Shown: piece after piece, positions 10,299 through 20,025 of the stretch
Layout: every line of letters begins with the position of its first letter
Numbering within the stretch: the stretch's first letter is position 1
NCBI GenBank assembly: GCA_047495785.1
Contig: JBLDXI010000098.1
Span: 1-20,025 of the forward strand
Direction of reading: 5' to 3'
Source: Lepidodermella squamata
Lineage: Eukaryota; Animalia; Gastrotricha
DNA length: 20,025 nucleotides
Made by a program: the position numbers and the translations under genes
The notes under the pieces: generated by a model
Seen by the model: the letters and a program-made list of their open reading frames with translations, nothing else
The model's database searches: none
What the model was told of the DNA's origin: nothing

Positions 10299-12001
10299 AT
10301 GAGTAATAATCCTGTTCGTCAACAAAATCCCAACCTGGTTATTCGGAGCGCGTGCCCGAATTTGATAGTTGCTTTAACCTCAAAAGCGAGAGCTCAAGGA
10401 GCCAATGCCCAAGCTATTTTGGCGGCGTATGGGCAACCTTCGGCCCATCTCAATATGCAGGGTGCTAACCCACAGCGATCGTCAAATCAGACCGGCCGAG
10501 GTGGAAACAGCTGTTATTCCGAACAGCCGCCCGCAGCGGTTAGTCAGGCCGCCGCTTCTGGCTTCGTAACCCAACCAACGTCCCAACCAAACTCGCAAAA
10601 ACCAAATCAGCGCAATGCTGTGGGCTTCGGCCAACAGTCAGTCCGACAGACTACTCAGTCCGCCGCTCAGTCCGCCGCTCAGTCCGCCGCTCCATCCGGC
10701 TCTCAAGCAAGCTTTCAGCGTGGCACTACGTCTCGTGCCCTGTCCGGCGCCCAGTCCACTTCTCAGCTCGATGCCCCGTCCACTTCTCAGTCCGATGCCC
10801 CGTCCACTTCTCAGTCCGATGCCCCGTCCTCTTCTCAGTCTAGTGCTGAGTCTGGTCAAGTGACACTTAAGGTGAATTTAGATTTGGAATATGAGATTGG
10901 AAATGCGTTATATTTTTTCTGTAGCAAATCAAAGTCCAACTTGACCAGGGTTTTGGCAATCAGAAAAAGGTGAGTAATTCGGCCGAAATTAGTTAGCTTA
11001 TTACTCATTACATGGTGAATTTTCCAGTTTTTGATGTACTTGAAAAAGCACGGCGTCAAGGAAGCTGAGATATCGGAACCTTTTGTAATTTGTGCAGAAA
11101 AGCCGCATGTTGTATGTTTATATATCTCATGCTATTATCGATTAAAAATTGGATTTTCTTTCAAGTACATAAACAACATAAACTGGACTGCTCGTATAGA
11201 ATCAAAATTTGGCACATCAAATGACCCCATTGAGGTGGGAAAATTTGTTGCAGATATATTCTTACCTGTTAGTGTATCTGTTACCTGTTTATGATCACTG
11301 AAAACAGAAATGCTTTTGTTCAACAGGATGATTATCTCGCGCTTTATCTAGTTGAGCCAAAAAGGTGGCGAGCGGCTTCAAAAATAGTCGCCGATCAAAC
11401 TCTCGTCAACGGCGTGAAACGTAAGTTAGCACAACATTCAGTCAGTAGTTAGTATATCTCTGTCTTTTCAGTTTTCTTAATGTTGTTGTTTCGTCATCTG
11501 ACCTCTGGTCAGATGACTGATTTGTGGAAAAGGCTGCGCAAAGTCTTAGCGGACCACGGCGACGATATTCGACGAAAGATTCGCCGCTCAAATCCTGATG
11601 ATGCCAGACTCCACGGCCCGGCGCCATTCCCTTATCAACACGCCTATTATACTGAGTATAATGTCCCGGATTTTATGGAGTTTCGTCCCGCATTAGACGA
11701 TCCGGAGATGGCGGCAATTGTTGCCAAGCTACCGCTGATGCCGCCGCTTGACGACGATACTGTGAACGCCTTAAATCAGTTGAAGAATGTGATGCAACAG
11801 CAGCAAGATCCAGCGCCACAGGGCCAACCGCAGGGCGAGCAGCCGCAGGATTTGAGCGGCGAATCTTTCGTCGAATATCGTCGCCGTGGTCCGCTAAGAC
11901 TTTGCGCAGCCTTTTCCACAAATCAGTCATCTGACCAGAGGTCAGATGACGAAACAACAACATTAAGAAAACTGAAAAGACAGAGATATACTAACTACTG
12001 A
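10299..12001 (+). CDS. Transposon accessory (TnpA/ORF2-like) protein with S/Q-rich N-terminus and BEN-like domain; native C-terminus replaced by read-through into the opposite arm (~475 aa)
   Basis: Six exons (10299-10871, 10925-10969, 11028-11111, 11166-11267, 11327-11420, 11472-12001) with five 51-59-bp GT-AG introns keep one open frame: ...DPIEVGKFVADIFLPDDYLALY...KIVADQTLVNGVKLFLMLLF...MTDLWKRLRKVLADHGDDIRRK... The BEN assignment is by eye from the helix pattern. After 11845 the frame reads antisense arm sequence. Confidence 0.7.
10656..10840 (+). repeat. Coding tandem repeats in the accessory gene: 12-bp CAGTCCGCCGCT x3 (QSAA) and 24-bp unit x3.5 (STSQxDAP)
   Basis: 12-mer at 10656-10691 (four copies in the other arm, 12752-12799); 24-mer TCCACTTCTCAGTCCGATGCCCCG from 10755. 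Confidence 0.92.
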
Positions 12002-13156
12002 CTGAATGTTGTGCTAACTTACGTTTCACGCCGTTGACGAGAGTTTGATCGGCGACTATTTTTGAAGCCGCTCGCCACCTTTTTGGCTCAACTAGATAAA
12101 GCGCGAGATAATCATCCTGTTGAACAAAAGCATTTCTGTTTTCAGTGATCATAAACAGGTAACAGATACACTAACAGGTAAGAATATATCTGCAACAAAT
12201 TTTCCCACCTCAATGGGGTCATTTGATGTGCCAAATTTTGATTCTATACGAGCAGTCCAGTTTATGTTGTTTATGTACTTGAAAGAAAATCCAATTTTTA
12301 ATCGATAATAGCATGAGATATATAAACATACAACATGCGGCTTTTCTGCACAAATTACAAAAGGTTCCGATATCTCAGCTTCCTTGACGCCGTGCTTTTT
12401 CAAGTACATCAAAAACTGGAAAATTCACCATGTAATGAGTAATAAGCTAACTAATTTCGGCCGAATTACTCACCTTTTTCTGATTGCCAAAACCCTGGTC
12501 AAGTTGGACTTTGATTTGCTACAGAAAAAATATAACGCATTTCCAATCTCATATTCCAAATCTAAATTCACCTTAAGTGTCACTTGACCAGACTCAGCAC
12601 TAGACTGAGAAGAGGACGGGGCATCGGACTGAGAAGTGGACGGGGCATCGGACTGAGAAGTGGACGGGGCATCGAGCTGAGAAGTGGACTGGGCGCCGGA
12701 CAGGGCACGAGACGTAGTGCCACGCTGAAAGCTTGCTTGAGAGCCGGATGGAGCGGCGGACTGAGCGGCGGACTGAGCGGCGGACTGAGCGGCGGACTGA
12801 GTAGTCTGTCGGACTGACTGTTGGCCGAAGCCCACAGCATTGCGCTGATTTGGTTTTTGCGAGTTTGGTTGGGACGTTGGTTGGGTTACGAAGCCAGAAG
12901 CGGCGGCCTGACTAACCGCTGCGGGCGGCTGTTCGGAATAACAGCTGTTTCCACCTCGGCCGGTCTGATTTGACGATCGCTGTGGGTTAGCACCCTGCAT
13001 ATTGAGATGGGCCGAAGGTTGCCCATACGCCGCCAAAATAGCTTGGGCATTGGCTCCTTGAGCTCTCGCTTTTGAGGTTAAAGCAACTATCAAATTCGGG
13101 CACGCGCTCCGAATAACCAGGTTGGGATTTTGTTGACGAACAGGATTATTACTCAT
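11673..13156 (-). CDS. Second copy of the accessory BEN-like gene, more truncated (~402 aa), with its tail read from the antisense strand of the spacer
   Basis: Mirror of 10299-11597 with one extra QSAA unit. After ...IRRSNP it continues AAARPAVGP... to a stop at 11673. Confidence 0.65.
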
Positions 13157-13220
13157 TTAAAAATCTATAAAATATCATGTGATAATTAACAAGGCAGTAA
13201 AAACTTTCGTAGTAAAAAAT

Positions 13221-15996
13221 TTAATAAAGGTCAGCCCCAATTCCCCAAGGAATGGCGTCGCATATATAGTTGTCATTGCAGGGGCGACGTTGGATAACAA
13301 CTAGTTTTGATGAGATTTTTTCCAAATCAATCAAACAATAACCGGCATTATCTCTCAAATTAGAAATAGTGTAGGAGCGGAAGATGTTCCTAGCGAAATC
13401 ATCCGATAAAACGTTGCCGATGGCATTCGCAAGATGCGTCTTGGCTTCAGTTGCCAGCTCGGTAGAACCACACAGAGAGGAAAGTCGCTGCAAAATGACA
13501 CCAGCATCAGGAAGACAGACATAGCGTCGAATTAATGCCTTATCAACAACCATGGGAGTCGCTGCATTTCTCACGAAACCGAGAATTTCTCCACACGCTG
13601 AAGTACCGTCATCCAGTTTGAACTCAACGGCGAACGACCGAGGTAACCGTCGCTTTGTGCCGAATTTCAACCATAGCCCATCAAAACGCTGAGATTTGTA
13701 GTAGGCAGTAGTAAAAATAGTATAACCGCCATTGACACAGACAGAGTTCAGGATAGCTTGCTGCTCCGAATCCGGGCGAGTCGCGTTGGAGAGCACAACA
13801 GTAAGGCGCTTGCTGTAGTCCCTGTCACCTTTCAACTGACGTCGATGAAGGGCCACCAACATACGATGTATCTGGTGTTGCGTTCCTACGTACACGTGCT
13901 TCAACCATCCAATCAACCCTTCGTGAGGAAAAGCCGAAAAGCTGTCGATTCGCCCGAAACGCTCGGCTTGAGCCGGTAAATGTCCCACTGTATGCAAATT
14001 GTAGGTCTCCGTTTTCACGCCACCGTACAGTATTGGGAAGAAACGGCGATATTCGTTCAGAAGAGACCGAGATTGTTGTATCGCCTTGAGTTTTTTGTCA
14101 GCATCTTCCTCATCGAATTCGATCAACAGGCGAAAAGCAAGAGACAGGCAAACGGTGAGTAGAAAGTATGTATCTGGCATGAATCGCGCAAGGACGGGGA
14201 CCCGGACGTAGCCAACCCAAAACTTCATATGTTTCCCTTTGAACTGGCTCGCCGCGGTCTCGCCAAATACTTTCAGCCTAACCGACTGCATCTGCCTGGG
14301 AACTTGTATTTCTCGAAGTATTCGGGCGATGTAATTACGAATTCGAATCGGTAAAATGTCGTCGTACTGAATAGAACTGCGCAACTCCTGCTTAGCTACG
14401 CCTTCACAGATGCAATGGAGGTGGTCGACCGGTGCATCTCGAGGAAGCAACATGCGGCGTTTACAGAGCACACAGGAGCCTTTCATACCATGCACTACGA
14501 CTCCAGTTCTATCGATTTCAGGGCCGACTTTGTTTATTTCATCGGGTGGACGCAAATCAAACTCGGAATCCTCGACGAATCGATATCGACGGCTGCCAAA
14601 AAGATGATCTCCTTTGAGGAAGCAGAAAGGACAGCCATACTCGGCGTGAAAGCTGCGTATATTGAGACAGTCGCATTTTGCAGGCGCATCGGCAATGAGC
14701 GAGAAGAGCCATACAGTAAAGTCTACCTCTGCCCCCTTTTTCGTAACCAGTCTCTTCTTGACCTCAAAATTTGCGACTGTGTTCGAGAGACAAAGATCGA
14801 GGAATTGTTGGTACTTGGGACTGGTAGGTCCCTGCCAAATCCCCAGGAGGAGCATATTCTCCGGCTTGTACCTGAAACATAATTAACACACTAATCACCG
14901 TTTTCTTCTTCTATGTTTTTAAATACCTTGCATATTCAGGCAGATTCTTGATGGTTGCCAGCAAAGGCCACACGTTTGTTCCAGTTCCCGCTCGCTTTGA
15001 CAAGGTAGTACCATCAAAATTTATTTGTAGCTGAAGATCGAGATTGTGAACATCAGTGAGAGGTACAACGCCAGCGTCGATGAAGTCACTCAATATTACC
15101 AATAGTTGCCAGGCTAACGAGGGCACGATGATCTCCCCCATACTAGCCGTTGATAATGTTGTTCCACATTGCCCGCATTTCTTTGCAGCATCAACTTGCA
15201 CAAAACATGACGGGCATAAACTTTGCAAAATTTGAGGAAGAACCACGTCACCCATGCCAGTCAGCATTTTTCTGTAAGATTTCAACGAGGACGGAATCGA
15301 GGCCAGCTTCGCAGCATCACCTTTGGCAAGCTCCCGAAAGCCCTTCGTTACAAGATCCAAGCCTGCCTGCGCAAGGCCATGATCAATTTCAAGCGCACGA
15401 AGAACCGACATGGGCGAATAGCTGTTGATCTTCGGGTCTGGATTGGGCTGTTTTACTATTTCAGCATGAACAAAACGATCCGCCGTGTCAGTGATGTTTG
15501 TTTTCGCGCCGGCTGGAACTGAAGTTCGTGGGGCTTCGTCGGCCTCATCGGCCTCGTCCATTTCGAAATCAGACTGGTTTACCTCCCAATCACTTGGGAA
15601 TGAGTCGCAAGATGACTGTGAAAGCACTTCGTACTCATCGTCCATCCCTGATTGACCAGGCAGGTCGATTTCATCTGATTCTTCCTCACTGATGGGCCAT
15701 TGTTCACCATGCGCCGTATAGGATGCTTCAGCAAACTCAGGAGCAGGCTCATACGACTCGGATGAGGTAGACGGCCTATCAGCAATTACCGAATGCGTGG
15801 TTTGAACGTTTGTTGGCCTCTCACCACATTCCAACGACCTAATTAACGTAGCTGAAGCTATTCTTCGTTGAGTAGCCGACAACCCAACGTCCGATTCGGA
15901 TTCTTCTTCTTCTTCTTCTTCTTCTTCTTCTTCTTCAGCTCCGCCGAGCTGTTGGAGTAACAAATCGATCTCTTTTCGAGCCTCTTTCGGCGGCAT
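13221..15996 (-). CDS. Second copy of the CACTA/EnSpm transposase (exons 15996-14927, 14871-13221)
   Basis: Reverse-complement copy of 7459-10234 with an identical translated sequence; one synonymous difference seen (7467 A versus 15988 C, i.e. G on the minus strand). Confidence 0.92.
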
Positions 15997-16104
15997 AAGC
16001 AAACGCACAGGGTACAGTTGAACAATGAAAAGTAATTTCCTAAAACATATTAAGTAATCAATAAGACAAATGGTTCAATGTATCGTTCGTGGCAAGAAAT
16101 CATA

Positions 16105-16522
16105 TCAATCCTTTATATGTCCCTTTGCGGATTTTTTGGATTTTTCCTTAGGTTTCTTAGGTTTTGGCGGGAATGCTAGCGGATGTCGCTTAGTTTCATG
16201 CTTCTCAAGCTCATACTTGGACTTGAAACTCATATCGCATACAGGGCACACAAAACTACTATTATGTTCTTTTCGCTCATGTGCCTGCACCGTCAACCAT
16301 TCGTCGGAGTAAAAATCGCATGACTGACATGAGAAACAGTCTGCGGGTATCAACCGCCCCTTAGCCGGAACTTTGCTAGAATAAACGTAAGACTACTCTC
16401 AATCTTATAGACATTTGAAAATAGTTTGCTAACCGTTTTTTAATGGGTGGCTGAGGAGCCTCGGAGCTTGAACTGCTTGAGGTCACATCTTCAGCGTCAG
16501 AGTCAGACGACTTTGAGCTCAT
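16105..16522 (-). CDS. Second copy of the 2xC2H2 zinc-finger gene (exons 16522-16434, 16375-16105)
   Basis: Mirror of 6933-7350; identical translations in the ORF track. Confidence 0.75.
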
Positions 16523-16968
16523 GAAGATTTTAACAAAATAGATGGTAAATGAGACGCGCCTTTGAAAAAGCTGCACTTAAAGGCATAAAGCATGCAATAT
16601 GGGTAGATGAACATATGGACATAGGTACAGAGCAATCATAAACACTAGGCGTGAACGATCATAATAACTAGAAACTAATTTTTTCAACTTAAAACATGAA
16701 GCAACCTGCATGTAATCAACTAAGTTAGCAGTGAAAGGTTAAGGCGGCTGTCAGCAGTTCATATGCATCGCGGACTTAGCAGATTTTCAAACAAAGCACA
16801 TCCCCAAAAGCTGCGAAATTAATTATTTATTAAATTATTTATCATAATCTTCAAAATATAATCAAAATAGCTCGTACAACAATTTTACCAAGTCGGCCGA
16901 AAAGCAGGCGTGAGAATTTTCGGTAAGCGGAGGTTTGGTCAATTTTTGTAATTTTTTCAACCAAACTA

Positions 16969-17099
16969 ACCGGAAACTGTCTGTTTCAGGCGTTCAAACG
17001 GACAGGAGACTGCATGTTTCCGAACAGTTGATCTAACAGTGCACAGTGCGGAAACTGAACGAAAACTGTCCGTTTGAACGCCGGACGGGTTTGCTAGGG
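16969..17099 (-). repeat. Second copy of the same transposon terminus with subterminal repeats
   Basis: Reverse complement of 6356-6486, ending GTTTGCTAGGG. Confidence 0.8.
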
Positions 17100-18302
17100 A
17101 AAGCATGCTGCAAACGGGTGTCACGTGACAAAGGTGATACATTTGTTTTTGACATTTATTTTAAAATGTGATTTATTCGTCTAAGTATTAAATGATGTTT
17201 TCTTAACAGTCTTTGATCAGTAATATTCCACAATAATTAAGTTTTTATGAGGGGTTAGTGTTGGTTATCGAAATCTATGAAAAAATGAACCGAATACGGC
17301 TTTTTTCTTGAAAAAAGAAGGAATGAGTGTGTATGCGCGTGAGTTGTTGGATGCTTTTGCGTAAGCTTTCATACCTTCCGCGACCGTGACTGATAGATGA
17401 ATGTTCCGAGTCGAAGCACTTCTCATGGCTGTGAATCAGTATTCTAGATACACTATGATCTCATGTATAATGTGTTGGTGCCCTGACTTTGACTTGGATT
17501 TGACTAATGACTTGGATGGATTGGATGGAGTTCAGATGCTGAAAGATGCTTTCAGGGCAAAGCTTTTACCGAGGAAGCGCCTCACAGTAATATGTTTTAT
17601 ATCGCCGTCTCTAGTGAGAATGGGCAAGCAACGTTTTTTATGATAAGTATTCATCGATTCATCGAATAAGTATAGGAATATATCAGCTGTTACGTCTTCG
17701 CTTGCATTCAATTGATAGACTGGTTTATCGGTGCTTATTAGGTTACTCTTTATACTGTAGTGTGGAGATTTGTCGCGTTTTATCCTTTTCCTGTCATTCC
17801 AGCCGAGCTCCTTTGGTGCTTTGCCAAACACCAAATAATTACTTACCTCTCTTAAGTCTTAAGATTGAAATCTTTCATTATTTCGCAACATGCAACATTA
17901 ATACGTGTATTGAGTCACTAGTCGGTAATAGTGGTCAATAATTGTTTTATTACCATGATAGTGAGTTTTGGTAGTTTATCCACTTGTTTGCATTATTGCA
18001 CTACCATGAAATGAGGAGTGGCGCTAAGTTATAGCATCAATTCGAACTCTGAAATGCGGAGCAGTCATTGAAATCTATCATATCTAGATGCGTTTTCATG
18101 TATTTTTCCACTTGCTTTTTGCTTAGTTGCTGTGTTATGAAGGTTTTCCTCATTTACTGCCACCTACGATATGCGGGTTAACTTCAGTTTGAACCTTTTC
18201 AGCTTCATATACGACCTGAGTTATCTTTACTTAGCATTGCCCGTAACTCTGTTTTGTATTGACTATCTTGAAATTCTAGGTTAACATTGTTTTCTGTTAT
18301 AA

Positions 18303-18926
18303 ATGGCTCAAAGGAAATTGGCTGGCAAGCCAGCCCCGCGGAAACGCGCTCAACGTGCGACATCCAACGTCTTTGCCATGTTTGACCAGGCTCAAATCCA
18401 AGAGTTCAAAGAGGCGTTTAACATGATTGATCAGAACCATGATGGGTTCATTGATAAAGAAGATTTACACGAAATGCTTGCTTCTATGGGTTCGCAACCG
18501 TTATATTAAAACAATACAAACAATATTAGTGCTTTTTGCAGGTAAAAATCCCCAAGACGATCAGCTCGAGCAGATGCTCTCTGAAGCGCCAGGTCAAATC
18601 AATTTCACCATGTTTTTGACCATGTTTGGTGAAAAACTAAATGGAACTGACCCTGAGGATGTGATAAAGAACGCCTTTGCGTGCTTTGATGAAGACGGAT
18701 CTGGGCGAATATCCGAAGAAAAGCTACGAGAAGTTCTCACTTCCATGGGTGATCGCTGGAGCGATGAGCAGGTATATCAATATATCCAGCTTTGACTGTT
18801 TGATCGCGTTTCATTTTCTAGGTTGACGAAATGTTCCGCGATGCTCCCATTCGCGACGGCAAGTTCAATTACATGGAATTCGTCAAGATTCTCAAGTACG
18901 GAAAGAAGGATGCCGATGACCAATAA
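18303..18926 (+). CDS. Non-muscle myosin II regulatory light chain (sqh/mlc-4/MYL12 family), ~173 aa, exons 18303-18489, 18542-18771, 18822-18926
   Basis: [42 protein letters not shown] (Thr/Ser phosphosite plus EF-hand), [27 protein letters not shown] and [25 protein letters not shown]. The 52- and 50-bp GT-AG introns preserve frame. Confidence 0.96.
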
Positions 18927-19764
18927 AACACATACTTTGAATTTTGCTATCAATTTTTATTACCAATGATTTCGCTGCAAAACAACGTTTATTACCGATG
19001 TGTTAAATTGCTGTTTGTCTCTTTTCTAGTTTACGTGCCCTAGGCTACTGTAAAATTGTGCTTGGTGCTTTACCTTCGGTGGCTCTTCTGTGGCAGTCAT
19101 TAAATTACATTTTCCCATTGGAAATCGTGTTGCCATTATTTGGCCAAACTTGTATCCCTTCGTTGCAATGTGCGCGCCATGCCTGAACGCTAATTTCACC
19201 CGTCTGTGTCTGTATCTTTACGCTGGCTTGCATTGAGTTTCATGGTTCACGCATTCCAACTATTACTTATTCATACTTAGGTCTCCTCATACATCTCGGT
19301 ATTTGCATGGTAGCAATGATATAAAATGTGCTTGTTTAAGCGTATGCTATGCGTCGAAAAGGTGGTCATAATCATCAACTATAAACCTACTATATTTATG
19401 TGTATGTATGTGTGTACAAATAGCGTCGAAGTGTTGATGTGTGATTAATGATGAAATTGATAGATTCTCTTCATGATAGTTTGTAAACGATGCAGTGAAT
19501 ATCTGAATCTGCTATTTTTTATGCCAATACCCGATTCGTCTATACCGGAAAAATGCGAAGCGAAAAATATGCGTTGGCCAAATTTGATGATCTTGTGAGA
19601 CTTTCTTGTCTTCCAAGTCGCTCTTGCATTCAGTGCAATCGGTGTAAACTGCTAAATCTGCTGCATCAATTATTTCAACTACTGCATGTCATTGCTTGGA
19701 TTTGGAAATAAACTACGGCTTTTTATTGCGACAAATATTCATCTGTACTATTCGTGTTATTTAG

Positions 19765-19984
19765 ATGGCCAAGTTATTTGGTGCATTCAAAGCTTCGCTA
19801 TCCTTTCAACCACCCACAATCACCCTTGGTTCAGAACCTAAGAAACCAGTGGTCGAAAGGTTGGTATATTCTTGGCTCTCATATCCAAATAATCGAATAT
19901 ATTCATACCTGACAGATCGCGCAAGGAAAAAGAGGCGTATTGCAGCAATGCAGAGAAAACAATTGTTGAAATTTTTGGAGCAAA
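19765..19984 (+). CDS. Possible first coding exon of an unidentified gene continuing beyond the window
   Basis: ATG directly after a TTATTTAG acceptor, an open frame of about 73 codons with a basic RARKKRR stretch, and a candidate donor GTTAGT at 19985. No recognised domain. Confidence 0.35.
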
Positions 19985-20025
19985 GTTAGTTTGACCTAAA
20001 AATATTTATATGGGTGTTGTGTCGT

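Larger units (their letters stand above)
6356..17099. mobile_element. Palindromic (inverted-dimer) CACTA/EnSpm (CMC superfamily) DNA transposon; arms 6356-11597 and 11846-17099, spacer 11598-11845
   Basis: All ORFs mirror exactly: coordinate sums are 23455 outside and 23443 inside a 12-bp indel. Termini 5'-CCCTAGCAAAC...GTTTGCTAGGG-3' resemble the CCC-starting ends of animal EnSpm elements. Both arms encode a CMC transposase, and symmetry ends essentially at the CCC/GGG terminus (one extra T/A pair). Confidence 0.93.

Noticed and set aside
10656-10840. CRISPR-like or other prokaryotic repeat array
   Set aside because: Head-to-tail in-frame coding repeats with no spacers in a clearly eukaryotic, intron-containing context.
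6352-17103. 3-bp TSD GAG/AAG if termini are taken as TCCC...GGGA
   Set aside because: One of three bases mismatches in an otherwise very young element, and it requires a non-standard terminus.
17119-17130. TGTCACGTGACA palindrome (CLEAR/E-box-like) just outside the right terminus
   Set aside because: A single short motif over 1 kb from the nearest recognised gene start; function cannot be supported.

Overview
Compact invertebrate-animal genomic DNA, plausibly nematode-like: introns are 50-60 bp and unpaired splice acceptors sit just before start codons. Host genes are a ZRANB2 splicing factor and a cytosolic/peroxisomal NADP-isocitrate dehydrogenase (IDH1, C-terminal AKL) on the minus strand, and a non-muscle myosin regulatory light chain on the plus strand. 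The dominant feature is a 10.7-kb near-perfect palindrome (6356-17099) with arms of 5242 and 5254 bp and a 248-bp spacer. It consists of two converging copies of the same end of a CACTA/EnSpm (CMC superfamily) DNA transposon. Each arm carries three tightly packed genes: a 2xC2H2 zinc-finger protein, an apparently intact ~906-aa DDE transposase and a BEN-like accessory protein truncated at the palindrome centre. The element's other end is absent and I see no target-site duplication. The structure resembles the maize 'Mu killer' hairpin-silencer locus, or a transposon whose inverted repeats are the whole gene set; an assembly or amplification fold-back chimera must be excluded. A separate perfect 145-bp inverted repeat lies at 16-160/1129-1273. 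All exon structures were derived by hand and no database searches were run.
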